Assembly: GCA_964016885.1 (NCBI GenBank)
Contig: OZ024746.1
Location: forward strand, 35,278,001-35,342,000
Direction of reading: 5' to 3'
From: Eledone cirrhosa
Lineage: Eukaryota
DNA length: 64,000 nucleotides
A program made the position numbers and the translations under genes. The notes beneath the pieces were generated by a model. It was not told where the DNA came from, made no database searches, and saw nothing but the letters and a program-made list of their open reading frames with translations. Positions within the stretch are counted from its first letter, which is position 1, and every line of letters begins with the position of its first letter. Shown here piece after piece: positions 1 through 13,600 of this stretch.

Positions 1-494
1 TTTGCGTGTCGTTTATTTTCATCTGTCGGTTAACCCGTATTTCGCTTATTAAATGACATATTGAATATAACAAGGGCATATGGTTAATATCTAAATCGTA
101 TTTTAAAAATAATATATTTCGAAACTAAAATAAATATTTTATTTCGATTGCTAATTACATTCCCTGGCTTTTTTAGTTTTTGAGACACCACTATAGACTT
201 TAGAAATTGATCAAACAAATCACGAGAGTTATCTTTCATATGCATGTTGATTAGATTGTTGTATGTGGCTAATAATGATTGCGGTGTTTAACATTAATTG
301 AAGAAAAGATTCCAAACTTGTTGCTTAATTAACCGCTTTTATATCGGATTAAAAGCATTCATAATTGAAGAGTCTTTCAAATAGTTGAAGCTGATAAATG
401 GATACGTTCTGAAGAACTACTTCACATTACTAATAAAAAGTTTAAACATACTGACATTTGGATAAGTTTTATTTTTTTATTTATAACACTAGGT

Positions 495-640
495 TAAGGC
501 CAAGAACTGGCAGAGTTGTTAGAACATCGGATACAGTGCTTTGTGATATTCGTTCCGACTACCTAAGTTCAAATCCCAGCGCGGTTAACTTTGCTTACAT
601 CCTTTAAAAAAAGTACCAATCTAGCACTGGGATCGATTTA
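495..640 (+). mobile_element. tRNA-derived SINE, family S1 (degenerate)
   Basis: B-box-like gttcaaatccc followed by gttaactttgc..catcc..aaagtacca..gcactggg, shared with many copies in the window. Confidence 0.7.
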
Positions 641-1149
641 CCTTCTATAATTTTTTCTCGTGTCCTCTCTTTAATTTTCTATCATTCTCTGGAAAAAATC
701 TACTGTATTCAATCCTGCAGAGGGAACGGTACCGCCAGTCCTAAAATGCGCAAGAAATGCTTTATTTTCAGCGCCCCTAGGACTCAAACAGGAGTTGCGG
801 GAACATACCCTAGGATAGAATATTTAGCTAAGATATAAGTTGATATAAAAGAAGGAAAATTAATAAGAGTAGGTTAAAAAAGCATGTAGTGCCCTAGGAT
901 CTATAATCGGAACTTTCGCTTTCGTACAGGACTCAACGGGAGACGTGGCCTGAAATCGATGCAAGTTTGAATTGGAATTAGCTGAACTAAATCCTTTATA
1001 AAATGTTTTCTATAAGATTTGACCATATATACTGGAAAATACATCATAATTATTTCTAAAATTTTCGATTGGATGAAAAAAAAGAATTAGTAAAAACCTA
1101 ATTCATTTAAGCATCAAATACAGTAATCACGGAAATACACCAGTTCCAA

Positions 1150-1965
1150 ATTTATTTTCTACATTAGGAGATATATATCACAAAAGGCGACCAGATGGTG
1201 TTGATCTCCAAACTATAAGTTTTAAAATTTTAAGACATAGATCAAATGTATCTTCTTCTGGAAAATGTTCTCACCAGCCGAATCTGAAATATTTCTCCTA
1301 CCCGGAAATTGTATGTTTTCTACTCAAGCTTTCATTTCTCCGGGTATATCCTCTTCTTATTAGTGGCCTCGATTGATTTACGTTAATTTGTTTAGTTGAA
1401 ACTATTTTGCGAATTGTTTCCATACTAAGCCAAATTTTCCAAAGTAATCCCCTGTGGTTGATTCGCTAGGGTTGCACGTAACCATTTGTTAGATGGACAG
1501 CTAATAACTTGTCAACACCATTTCTTTCTTTCAATACACTTAACAAAAAAAGACTATTACGTTGCTAGAACATAAGAGCTGAAGAGTAAGAAAAATTCGA
1601 TTTGTAAGTAGTGGTAGTACAAGAAGATTAGTAAACGAGGTTTTTGAGGAAGTATAATTAGAGAAAAGAAGAAGGAAATTATCGACAAGATCCCAGAACT
1701 CATTCGCATACCGAGTTGGCTGGAACTCGTCAAATCGGAAACAATGTTTCCATTGGTCTTTCCATAGCTGATACTATCTATCGATCGCAACTCCTAGCAG
1801 AGTTTAGAAATTCAAGTATATATATTAATAAAGAGCTATCCATAGTTAACTGGTTCCCAACATTGCCTGTATTAAGAAATTAGGATATGTCTCTTATCTC
1901 TTCACAAATGGAAACTGAGAACAGGCTTTGGTCCGCAGAATCGTACATATGAGGGATACACCATT
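1150..1965 (-). pseudogene. Highly decayed L2/CR1-like LINE reverse transcriptase fragment
   Basis: Minus-strand remnants resemble GVP..TILGP (~1930-1962), LLGVAIDR..LWK (~1755-1802) and LFYxxY (~1605-1625) in the expected order, with many frameshifts. Confidence 0.4.
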
Positions 1966-4319
1966 AATTCTAATAGCTTTGAGATTCTATCAAAGTGTGA
2001 GGGGATGAAGTGCAAAGACTAATATGTCATAAACAAAAGATAACAGAATGTAATATAAAACACGAACCTAATATTCTGCGTTCAAATCTAGCACAAGTTA
2101 TGTTGTCATTCGCAATTTGTGTTTGAGAAAAAAAGTACTAGGTATATATTGTGATCAATTCAAGTGACTACATTCATCGATCAGAGTTTGCGGCCATGTG
2201 TTATAAAGTTATTATGATGACGCTATAAAAACACTAAGAATAAGAAGTATGGCAGAAATGATAAGAAGATTTGGTTGTTTCTCATCGCAGATCAATCAAG
2301 TGTGATGAGGATATTTCTTTGGATCTATATATTCTTTGGATCCAGTAATTTACTCTGTTAAACGTAATTGACTCCTCTGCGAATCGATGACCTCGTGGTA
2401 CTTAATATTTTTGTCACAGTTCCGGCTGTAACATTCTCTATTTCCATAGCTTCCACCACACGAATCTTCCTACCAGTCTACCTCCTCTCTCATCTCTAAC
2501 AAATATCTAAGATGCATATATTGGTGTCAATATATGCACCAGATGTAACCACCTCAGTGTCATCAGTTAAAAGTAAAGATATTTCAGAGTCACGAATGGT
2601 TGTGTGTAGTTTTAAGAAGAGAATAAAATGAAAATCATATTTTTTGCGATTCTGCTGAAGATTAATTAGAAATTGATAAAAGACACTTTAATTTATCAAA
2701 ATAATGGGGAATAAATTTGGAATAATATCAAAATATTTCGCTCAAACTTCGAAGTGATTAATTAATATTAGAAGAAGGGTTTTCCTTAATGCATCTAATA
2801 TATCTAGAGCTGGCATTAGAGTTCCATAATAAATTTATTATTCCAGAAAATTGATGGATTACATGTTATATATACACTTACCCATATTCAAATTAAGTTG
2901 ATAATAAAGATAGAACATTAGAACTTATCTAAATTAATGTTATGCGTCTTGTGCTTGGTCCTCATACAATAACAGTACCAATATAAGAAAACGTTGCATT
3001 TAAATGAGTAACAGAAATTAGGTTATCAATTATTGTCTAAAAAGTTGCTACAGTACTCCTCAACCCCCAAAATACTCTACATAACATAACATTTCCTATT
3101 TCTTTGAAATTCCGGTGGGTTTGATAATTATTTCATTCCAGCCAAGTTTAACATTTATATCTGAAGATATGTGAAATTAAAAGAGATATGTATCCGGGGC
3201 TACGTAATGCGAAATGCTTAACATCTTAATACACACTATTTGTAAAAGGATTGGTTATGAAAAATTATTTGTCTTTTTCTGAATAAACTCAATTTATACA
3301 ATGTTTACCAAAGCTCTTAAAATCTGAGGATGATATTCACACGGAGTAGTAAGGTCAAAAGTCAGACAGTGGGCATGGTAACAGTATATTTAATCATCCC
3401 TTATTTCTGAAGATACATAAAATGTTGTTCTGACACTAAAGGAACTCAAAGATCATTCATTGCTGAGAATATTATATTATTATGAATAATTTTATTTTGA
3501 GTAACATAGCAAATAGCAAACCTTTAATTAGTTTCGTGTTTGTCGAAGGAGTCATAGTAATTATAGAAATAGATTTAATGGGCAATTTCATATTAATGGC
3601 AAAAGAGGTGCGAATAAATGTTCTGTATTTCCTGAATTAAAGTGTCAACATCTTTATTATTTATTGTAATTGTGGCAATTAACTTTTGAGTAGAATCTGA
3701 AGCAGCTGCAAATGTAGTAAAAACTGTCACTTGACATTTAATAATATTAGTATTATTAAATTAGAATACCTTTGAGTTTGCCTCTTTTTTCCATACAAAG
3801 AGAATTCTTGGCAAGGCATACGTGTCGATTATGAATCTTGTAACAACAGGAAGGATTTATAAGTCTTTCTAATAGCTACCAGATGCAAAGTATCATTAGA
3901 ATTGTATTTATCATGTCGTAAATACTTTGATACTACATTACGATTGTGAATTTTACAATTGGTATTCCTTAAATACTGTTGTAATGCCTTATTCAAAATA
4001 TTCAGTAAGCACTGATGTTGGTTTTAATGTCGCCTGGCAAGGATAAATAATGTATGTAATGATTCTGATGCTTTTGCCTTACGGGTTTCCATTCTGTGCC
4101 GAAGAAATATATATTTCTAATTTAATATTAATGAAATCAGTAAAGGCACTACGCGATGTAATATATTCATATCTGTTTGTAGAAAAATATTTTCTTTAAT
4201 AAGAAATAGTTATCTTACTTCATCGCTTATCACTTTGTATTAACATGCAAAACCGATGGAGTAATGAACTAAATTTGATACCAAACGTCCGTTATCTCAG
4301 CATTTGTCTATTACAGTTC

Positions 4320-4386
<67 letters not shown>

Positions 4387-4387
<1 letters not shown>

Positions 4388-4520
4388 GTTATTCCTGGTT
4401 GAATCGGAGGTAACCACAGTAAGTAAGGTACTCAATACATTGCAGAGTATAAAGATTCCTGATTATTTCTAAAGAATGAAACAGTTCTAGTCCTGTAGAA
4501 TCTCATCTATATTAAAACTT
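4387..4520. mobile_element. Short (TA)n-flanked module
   Basis: Unique sequence bounded on both sides by (TA)n; shares gtactcaatac with the module at 8794. Confidence 0.4.
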
Positions 4521-5634
4521 ATATATATATATATATGTGTGTGTGGGGGGGGGGGGGGGTAAATATATATTGATCATGTTATTCAACATAGGAAGCTCGT
4601 TGAACATTAGGTTCAGAACATATTTTAGACAAATGTAAAGGATATATCTAAAGATCTATTTCGTGTATCATGTTGAGAAACAAAAACTGGAATTATGTAT
4701 ATTATTTGGAGAAATTTCTTCACTTGCTATAAGCAAAATATATCTGCAACGACTGCATCCTCGGCAATGTAATTTATCAGAGTACCATTCACTATTTCTT
4801 TGTAAGAATAATAACTTTTTTTAATCCATAATTTCCAAAACATATTTCCGGAGACATATTTTTACACTTAAAATTTCGTCGACTGATGAAGTCGTTTCAT
4901 TCACGTCTTATAAGTAGAATCTACATAGTGTTCAGGTGGCTTTTGTGATTTCATATAATTCAACTGATTTAATTAGTATAACGATCTATGAGAATTATAG
5001 AATTTCCAATACTACCTCCATTACCGTGTGACAAAAAATGTTTAAACGAATTGTCAGAATGTTACCCTATTAATTCATAAAAAAATATATCATTGTTTAT
5101 CATTAGAACATATTATATCCATTTAGATAGGCAGGCATTCCTCTTGTTCAGTTCTTTTCTTTATTTGTATTTCTCCTCTCTGGAAGAAGTGTTTATTTTA
5201 ATTGAATTAAAATGCAGTATTATTATGGCCTCGTCATCTTTCACGAAAATTATATTATCAGTATTATTGTACGAATAGGTGTATTTGCTTAAATGAGCAA
5301 ATTACATGGTTAAATGTTTGCAGTTTTCATCAAAATTAACTTCTGTCTTGGATTCACAGACTCAAGATAAATGCCTTATCGAGACTGTGTCATGCATCCC
5401 TGTTGCAAATTGAATATTGGTGGTATTATAGTATTTCAATCATAGCACTTTTTCAACCAATTGAACATTTCAAATAGTCGAGTATTTTTTTCATAATTGA
5501 TAATTCGGTTGAACGACGTGTGAAGTTAAACATTACACTGATTTGATAGCATGGTTAAAGCTTTAGAACGCAACAGTTTAATATTCATCAGAGCAAGTGG
5601 GAGGTTTTCGTCGCATTATTTTAGAGTTAACTAT

Positions 5635-5740
5635 CCCGCCGAGGTTAACTTTGCCTTTCATCCATACGAGGTTGATAAAATAAAGTACCAGTAATGTACT
5701 GGATAATTGCTGGCCTTGTGCCAAAAGTAGAAAATTATTT
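5635..5740 (+). mobile_element. SINE S1, 5'-truncated
   Basis: cccgccgaggttaactttgcctttcatcc...ggccttgtgccaaaagtagaaa; flanked by the direct repeat attattt(t)agagttaact (possible TSD). Confidence 0.8.
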
Positions 5741-6074
5741 TAGAGTTAACTGAATAGTTCTCCATATCACTGATGAATGGTAAGAAAGGAATCGCTCTAG
5801 TCATATTACATTTTAAAATCTCCAACATCTAGAGCTTTCAAATTAAGTGCAACCATAACTACGAAGGGAGCTTGGAGCATTGAACAAGTTGAATAATTAA
5901 GTGAAGCATTAAATGATCGCTTGAAAGTATCGTGTACTATTAACATTATAGAGTTGGTCATTTTAATAATTGGCTTTCGCTATCCAATATCAATTAATAG
6001 TTGCACCTAATGTATTGTCGATTTGATATGTTGGCCAGACGTAAATACAATGAACCTGCACTCGGTGAAGTTAA

Positions 6075-6230
6075 ATATTAGTGGTAATGTTGTTGGACTT
6101 ACGATCATAATGTGGCGGGCTCGATTCCTGACCTGGGTTGTGTGTTGTATTATGGATTGGTGTCCTGTCCAGGGGAAATCTTGTACTAACAGTCACTTAA
6201 AAACACGAAAACCGAGATAAGCTCGAGACA
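6075..6230 (+). mobile_element. SINE family S2, degenerate
   Basis: Similar to 21098-21370 (gatcataatgt, ctgggttgtgtgt, gaaaccg.gataag). Confidence 0.5.
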
Positions 6231-7000
6231 GACTTTAAACTTTAGACTTTATGGATGATCGCATCACTAAAGCCTTAGAAAACAATGATCTTATATTCAT
6301 TAAATTCAACGGATGAGATCGCTAAATATCTTATTCGAATTTGGATTAACTAATGCAGAGCAAACAAATGAAGAAATTTACATTTACATTCAATCTAAAG
6401 TGTCGGAAACTGTGTTAATATAAACATTCCTATGGTAGCAGATTCAAACACTCCACAGACACCACAAACACCAGATACGATGTAGCAATTGTTTACTTCC
6501 ATTTTTAACATTGTTTCATATAATTATATTAAGCTCATGTTTGTCAGTCGAGTTCACATTTTGATATGATTTGTAATATGATTTATAATGAAATTCCTCA
6601 CAATAATTTCTCGAATCAAAGTCATTTAGCAGCATTACCATTAACTCAAAGGTGGTCGACTTTAAATAGACTGGCTAAAATAATTCCACACTTGAATGTT
6701 TAACGAGATAATACTAATTGATATATGTGGTTTTCTGCATAAATCCTCAAATGATTTTTGTCAGAACTTTGCAAAATGTATTATCATCTTACAATTAAGA
6801 CATCGTTTATCAATAGCAAGATATTCTTTACGGCCATGATAGAATTTTGATCAACACCAAAAACAAGTTTTGGTCTCAAATGAAGTTGAGTTTCCGATAG
6901 CATCAAGATAAGAATTATCATCACTAGATGTGATGTTCTCCAAAAGTACTAATAAATAAAACATCCAATTGAATTGGATGATGTTATTCATGCATATATA

Positions 7001-7070
<70 letters not shown>

Positions 7071-7075
<5 letters not shown>

Positions 7076-7371
7076 ATACTTTGGGAGGGTCATGTTGCCA
7101 ATAAGAAACACACGCACCATTTGCTTTCCCTCCAATTTATTATAAATTAAATTTATAAATTTAAGAAATTTGTAAATTTCCGGTTGGTTGGTTGTTTCCA
7201 CAACCGGACGGTTGTGCATATATTGTCAAAGTTCTTTCGTCACACATTCGGTTACCTCTTCAGTGACTGGGGATTCTTTTCTTTGTTTTTGTGCCTCTCC
7301 TTTGTTCTGTCCTACGCCATCTTGTTTTGTGTCTGTGTTGTGTGCTTAGTTTGTGCATGTGTTACATCCGG

Positions 7372-7421
<50 letters not shown>

Positions 7422-7575
7422 TTATTTATTTGTTTATTTATTTGTTTATTTATTTGTTTATTTACATGTTACTAGTTGGCTGTTTGCTCTATGTGTGTGT
7501 GTTTTCATTTTGTCCTTAATCGGTTTCAACACACGTTTTCAGATAAAGAATCTTGCTAAACAAATTCAGAAACGA
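7071..7575 (-). mobile_element. (TA)n-inserted HHR module, family A copy 1
   Basis: TA tracts on both sides; termini ttgttatactttgggagggtcatg and ttcagaaacg recur at 51601-52163 and 13378-13606. Confidence 0.8.
7225..7267 (-). ncRNA. Minimal hammerhead-like motif, family A
   Basis: Minus: GTCA CTGAAGA G GTAAC..GTGAC GAAA GAAC TT TGAC; stem I GTCA/TGAC. Confidence 0.55.
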
Positions 7576-7581
7576 TATATT

Positions 7582-7687
<106 letters not shown>

Positions 7688-7707
7688 GTACTGTTTACCT
7701 TTTACAT

Positions 7708-7753
<46 letters not shown>

Positions 7754-7989
7754 GAAAATAGAGAAATTAATGAAAGCAAGAAGCCAACAGTAATTCAGAC
7801 CATTATGTCAAGATGAAAAATATTTAACGTAAGATGTGGGAAAATAATTTAATCCCAATTCAAAACAAGTCAAGACCAGAAATTTTATCCACAGATTTTG
7901 TGAAATCCGGGGACAAAACCAATAGAATCTTAACTCAAAATAAAATTAAGAGTAAATACTTATCCGTCAATTTGGAAAAATCTACAAAT

Positions 7990-8070
7990 GCACTATATAG
8001 TCTTAACAAGACTATTTCACGAAACTTTTCTGTGGGGTTAGTCACGGTTGGAATCGTTCCGCAGTAGTGC
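7990..8070 (-). ncRNA. Type I hammerhead, family B unit 1 (core mutated to CTGCGGA)
   Basis: Minus: GCACTA CTGCGGA ACGA..TCGT GAAA TAGTCTT gtt AAGACTA TA TAGTGC; all three stems pair. Confidence 0.7.
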
Positions 8071-8618
8071 TCAACAACGTTAACTAAGAACCACAGTTAA
8101 AATATGCCAAAGGGGAATTTAAAAGCAGACTAGTCAAACCTCGTGTGGAATTGAATTAATAAACACACATGGAGAGAGGGCTAGTAACGTCAGAATGAGA
8201 CGAATGTCTGTTTACAAGAAAATAGCAGTCAAAACATTCCGCAAAAAACTCAACAGAAGATATGAAGTTCAGCATAAAGCAATATTATCGCGGTTTTTTA
8301 AAATAAAACCGGGATTAGTCACAAATAATTTTAAGCACTCAAGGAAAAGTTCCGAGTATAAATATATAAATGAAAATAGAGAAATTAATGTAAGCAAGAA
8401 GCCAACAGTAATTCAGACATATAAGTGACTATTACGTCAAGATGAAAAATATTTAACGTAAGATATGGGAAAATAATTTAATCCCAATTCAAAACAAGTC
8501 AAGACCAGAAATTTTATCCACAGATTTTGTGTAATCCGGGGGAAAAACCAATAGAATCTTAACTCAAAATAAAATTAAGAGTAAATACTTATCCGTCAAT
8601 TTGGAAAAATCTACAAAT

Positions 8619-8699
8619 GTCCTATATAGTCTTAAAAAGACTATTTCACGAAACTTTTCTGTGGGGTTAGCCATGGTTTGAGTCGTTCCTCAGTAGTGC
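8619..8699 (-). ncRNA. Type I hammerhead, family B unit 2 (intact core CTGAGGA)
   Basis: Minus: GCACTA CTGAGGA ACGA..TCGT GAAA TAGTCTT ttt AAGACTA TA TAG; stem I shortened by substitutions. Confidence 0.75.
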
Positions 8700-8793
8700 T
8701 CAACAACGTTAACTAAGAACCACAGCTAAAATATGCCAAATGGAAATTTAAAAGCAGGCTAGTCAAACCTTATATATATATATATATATATAT

Positions 8794-8986
8794 AACGAAG
8801 GAAAGTGGTAAAGAACCAGGTGAACCATAACGCACCAAAGTACTCAATACTTGGGGTAGTAGAGTGGGTAATAGGAACCAGTAAGACCCCGACGGCTGAG
8901 CTCAAGCCGTTTCGACGGCTAATTGAGTCCAGAATTAGCCGTCGAAACGGCTTGAGCTCAGCCGTCGGGGTCTTACTGGTTCCTAT
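8794..8986. mobile_element. (TA)n-inserted fold-back module, family G, with the 3' half of a hammerhead
   Basis: Perfect 54-bp inverted arms 8871-8924 and 8933-8986; each arm has GAAA CGGCT..AGCCG TC (stem III + GUC); terminus related to 20160-20215 and 54235-54290. Confidence 0.75.
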
Positions 8987-9008
8987 ATATATATTTATAT
9001 ATATATAT

Positions 9009-9266
9009 AAAAGAAAATGAAGTTAAAAAACAAAAAAAAGGAATAAACGAGACGTCCTACACAGGTGAAAGTATACGGAAAAGAAATTGAAAATGTAACT
9101 GGAGTCTTTTAAGAATATTTATTTATCTTGCATGCGAGACAAACCACAACAGAAACACGAACCCTCCATCTCAATTTTACTTTTGAAAATCATAAGAACT
9201 GTGAAACCGGTAAAGTAAATAAATAAATATTCTTAAAAGACTCCGATTACATTTTCAATTTCTTTT

Positions 9267-9270
<4 letters not shown>
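9009..9270. mobile_element. (TA)n-inserted fold-back module, family E copy 1
   Basis: Inverted arms ~9078-9126 and ~9219-9268; homologous to 63550-63899. Confidence 0.75.
9176..9219 (+). ncRNA. Minimal hammerhead, U3-A8 core variant (family E; stem II decayed)
   Basis: TTTACTT TTGAAAA tcat aagaa ctgt GAAA CCGG TA AAGTAAA; 7-bp stem I, palindromic ACCGGT stem III. Confidence 0.6.
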
Positions 9271-9306
<36 letters not shown>

Positions 9307-9428
9307 ATATATACATATATATTATGCACACTCTATATATATATATACCTATATATACATATATATATATATATACCTATATATACATATATATTATGCA
9401 CACTCACATATATGTATATATATATACC

Positions 9429-9481
<53 letters not shown>

Positions 9482-10151
9482 ATATATACATATATATTAT
9501 GCACACTCACATATATGTATATATATTTATATATACATAATATACATGTGTGTATAAATACATTCATTGCTATTAAATTAACACGTCATTGTATATTTTG
9601 CTCTTGAATAGTATGTTATGTCATATTCACCAAGCCGCTCTACCTCCCAGGCTTAATAGAAATAAATCCAATTTATCGTTTTCATCTGGCTTCATAAATA
9701 TAAGATATCTGACTGGATAATGAATTTATCAAAGGCCGCTACGGAATGATCGTTTAACATAGGAACTATAATACCTATTGATGACACTGTTGATTATAGT
9801 AATTTCTCAAGTGTGAAAATCATTGTGATCCGCAATTTCAAGTAGTCAATCTCCAACCATATTTTACACCTGAATAACTGTGAACTAACGAAGCCGTTTC
9901 ATCGACATTGTATAGTAAATGGTAAGCCCACCATCTACACGGGACTCTGTGATCTCACTTAATTATAATTCTATTGTTTCTCCTCAGCCGAAGCGGATAC
10001 ATCTTTCACCTTCTACTCTTAGTAATTATCATAACAACATAAGACAATTACAAAATAGTCAAAACTCTATCATCATCAGCAGCAACAATAACAACAATAA
10101 AAACAAAAACAGTATCAACAACAGTAGCAGTAACAACAAAAAACAACAATA

Positions 10152-10372
10152 ATAATTGTTTCTACTTTTGGAACAAGGTCAGCAATTTGAAGTGGAAGAG
10201 GAAAGTCGTTTAAACAGACCCCAGTTTGTTACTAGTGCTTATTTTATTGACCCGGAAAAGATGAAACGCAAAACTAACCTCACCGGGATTTGAACTCAGA
10301 ACGTAAAAGGCCGTAACTCTATGTCGATAAGTATGATGTCCGACGCTCTACCGGTTCTGAAAATCCACCACC
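10152..10372 (-). mobile_element. SINE S1, near full length
   Basis: Reverse complement of the S1 pattern, including gggatttgaactcag and aatccaccacc. Confidence 0.8.
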
Positions 10373-10734
10373 TTTTATTTAAACTTTAAGAGAATTGACC
10401 TACATCCTCATTCATATATAGTAAACATGAACCGCGCAGGTTTTGACAAACAAGTTATAGAAACTGTTATGCATTAATTGTGAAGACAAGCTTATACATT
10501 TACAGGGAACGCATGAAATAATTAAAGGATTATAAAAAAACATAAATACAAGATTTAATTAAAAACAGCAGCTTCCCTATATAGATATGGAAAGCAGTCA
10601 CTTGCATTCATCGGAGTATCTAAGAATTGTGATTACTCAACAGACCTAATAACTCTCTGCACTGTTACATGCTGAAAAGTGAAGAATCTTCCATATCGGA
10701 TTCTTGGGACAGGACAAGAGAAACAAGTAGGAGT

Positions 10735-10942
10735 CTACTAGAGCGTCGAACAACATCCTTCGCGACATTTAGTTACGGCCCTTTACGTTCTGAGTTCAAA
10801 TCGCACCGAGGTTAGCTTCGCCTTTAATCCTTACGGCGTCGATAAAATAAAGGACCAGTAACACGCACTGGGGTCATTTTAATCGGGTTTCCCTTCCCCT
10901 TCAAATAACTGACCTTGTGCCTAAGGTAGAAACAGTTATTTA
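10735..10942 (+). mobile_element. SINE S1
   Basis: gttctgagttcaaatcgcaccgaggttagcttcgcc...gaccttgtgcctaaggtagaaac. Confidence 0.8.
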
Positions 10943-11849
10943 AGACTGTTTCTACTTTAGAACTTTGTAGTAAAGTTCTCTAGTTTCTACTTTAGAACTT
11001 TACTACAAAGTGAACATGTCTCTGGTTCATATAATCCACATCTTTTCTTATCTAAAGTCGTGTGGAATGTTCTAGCACATTTGACAAGTTTCACTGATCA
11101 GTCCTTTGTTAACCTTGCTATAAAATATAAATATTATCGGGAGTTGTGCACCCCTTCACAGAAAAATGTTTTTCCCTCCCCTATTTGCGTTTTGAATGTA
11201 TTTCCTTTTGCTCTGTTTTCGCTTTTACTTTTGCAAAGCTATCGGATCACACTCGATTCGAGCTTCTACCTCATCCTCGCGTGTAGATGTGGAAGGCGAG
11301 GTGTAGGCCTGCAGCGAAGATTGCTTCGATATCAAACAACTCACCTTCTACACATTATCTGCCGCATAATATAAAGGAAACTATAGATCATACACACACT
11401 CGTCACCTACACGAAGACACACAATGCATACAGGTTGTACAAAACCGAAATACGATCACCACCTAATAAAATAACACTTCACACGCAGTGCACAAACTCT
11501 ACAAAATAGAAGAAACACTAAATAATACCAGAAACCACGAAAGAAATTTCTCAACGAAATAAAGCAATGTCTATACAAACACAATTCTACATTTCTAAAA
11601 AGTATTGCTGAACACATCTCAAGAACTGGGAGATACCGCTGGTGGCATAACACTTTTGAAAATAAGATGACAATAAAAATGTTTCCCTTATGTACAAGTC
11701 ACACATTCTGGAGTATAATAGAAATAGTTGCATGAGCGAGTGGTGTGTACCTACTCCTCAATTCAGTTTGTATCATAATTTTAAGTGAAAGAATGAGGAA
11801 GCGAATGTATGTTTATACCTAGTGTTTATACGTAGCCGTGTATACTCAG

Positions 11850-11883
<34 letters not shown>

Positions 11884-11884
<1 letters not shown>

Positions 11885-12012
11885 GAAGCGAAAACCAACC
11901 AAACAGTGAGTGTGTTCTATTATTAATACGAGAAGCGAAAACCAACCAAACAGTGTGTGTGTTCTGTTATTAATTCTGGCAATATTACGCAAATATGACC
12001 CTCCCCAAATAT

Positions 12013-12016
<4 letters not shown>
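11884..12016 (+). mobile_element. (TA)n-flanked module with a family A-like terminus
   Basis: Ends atgaccctccccaaatataacaa, close to the reverse complement of the family A end; internal ~47-bp direct repeat. Confidence 0.55.
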
Positions 12017-12048
<32 letters not shown>

Positions 12049-12055
<7 letters not shown>

Positions 12056-12930
12056 GAGTAGAAAGAAGAATACTGCGTGGTTGCACATGGGTTACATATG
12101 ATAAAATTAGTCCTTCGTCAGTGATTTGCCAACCATCATTGATATTTCATCGCATTAAAAATCATATACCTCAGCTTGGTGCGAGCAATAATTAAAAAAA
12201 GTTATTGGGACCAGTAAATCGCGTAAAGCGAGGGGGGGGGGGGGGGGGGGGGGCAGGATAAAAGCAAACCAAAGATAGGAAAATAAACAAGCAACATGGT
12301 TGTCCGGTCAGCATAAGCTGGTGGATTTCCTGAGCGATCAAGATGCAGACCGTCCGTCGTGAGTGAGATGTGAGCAAGAAGAGAACCCACTACTAGCCAA
12401 ACGGAAGGAAGTGAGAAGGGGAGAAACAGAGAGTGAGTGAGTGGAAGTGCGAGGAAGAGGTCAGTCGAGAGAAAGTGTAACTGACAGAGGGGGCGAAAGA
12501 AGGTGAGAGCAACAGAGAGAACGAGGAGGCAGAAAGAGAGAAACAGACAAACGCAGCCGGGGTAAATATATATAAAAAAACATGAGTAGAAAGAAGAATA
12601 CTGCGTGGTTGCACATGGGTTACATATGATAAAATTAGTCCTTCGTCAGTGATTTGCCGACCATCATTGATATTTCATCGCATTAAAAATCACATACCTC
12701 AGGTTGGTGCGAGCAATAACTAAAAAAAGTTATTGGGACCAGTAAATTACGTAAAGCGAGGGGGACAAGTAAACAACATAGAAGGATAAAAGCAAATCAA
12801 AGATAGGAAAATAAACAAGCAACATGGTTGTCCGGTCAGCATAAGCTGGTGGATTTCATGAGCGATCAAGATGCAGACCGTCCGTTGTGAGTGAGATGTG
12901 AGCAAGAAGAGAACCCACTACTAGCCAATC
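12049..12930 (-). mobile_element. (TA)n-inserted partial tandem dimer, family C1 (unit ~528 bp)
   Basis: catgagtagaaagaagaatactgcg at 12053 and 12581; second unit truncated ~12928. Confidence 0.85.
12108..12213 (-). ncRNA. Candidate permuted/pseudoknotted hammerhead-like RNA (C1 unit 1; unit 2 at 12636-12741)
   Basis: Minus order GGTAT-A-TGATTT ... T-GAA-ATATC ... AAATCA-CTGACGA-A; helices covary with family C2. Confidence 0.5.
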
Positions 12931-13093
12931 ATATATATATATATATATATATATTTATTTATTTACAGTAGGAGTTCATATATTTCTTTTAAAAGATTGT
13001 ATGTAGTCGTGTGTACAGTTTATTATATTTCAAAACGAGTTTATTTATATGTATGTATGTATATATATAATATATATATATAATATATATAAT

Positions 13094-13177
<84 letters not shown>

Positions 13178-13184
<7 letters not shown>

Positions 13185-13360
13185 TTAAATGAGAAAAAAA
13201 TTCTAATTCTTGGAGTATGAACAAGATAGGCGAAAGCATTTTTCTATCTGCCTTCGCTTGTTTATACTATCATCATTTTTTTCTCATTTAATTTTAATAT
13301 ATAATATTACTTCACTGAGAGATTTCTTTTCACTGATATGTTCGTGTATTAGAGACTTTA
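13178..13360. mobile_element. (TA)n-inserted fold-back module
   Basis: atattaaaattaaatgagaaaaaaa paired with tttttttctcatttaattttaatat, plus inner agtatgaacaag/cttgtttatact. Confidence 0.6.
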
Positions 13361-13377
13361 ATATATATATCTATATA

Positions 13378-13600
13378 TTTCGTTTCTGAATATGTTTAGC
13401 AAGATTCTTTATCTGAAAACGTGTGTTGAAACCGATATTGTTATACTTCGGGAGGGTCATGTTGCCAATAAGAAACACACGCACCAATGCTTTCACTCCG
13501 ATTTATTGTAAATTAAATTTATAAATTTTATTTATAATAAATTGGAGTGAAAGCACTCGTGCGTGTGTTTCTTATTGGCAACATGACCCTCCCAAAGTAT

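Larger units (their letters stand above)
7751..8771 (-). mobile_element. (TA)n-inserted partial tandem dimer, family B (unit ~617 bp)
   Basis: aaatgaaaatagagaaatt at 7751 and 8368; second unit truncated at 8771; TA tracts on both sides. Confidence 0.85.

Noticed and set aside
4880-5800. Isolated CTGATGA matches (~4883, ~5770; also ~16747, 21341, 29691, 43039)
   Set aside because: No pairing stems with correctly placed GAAA and UH
13410-13440. CTGAAAA..GAAACCGA as a second family A hammerhead
   Set aside because: C3/A8 mismatch and no convincing stem I or stem II register
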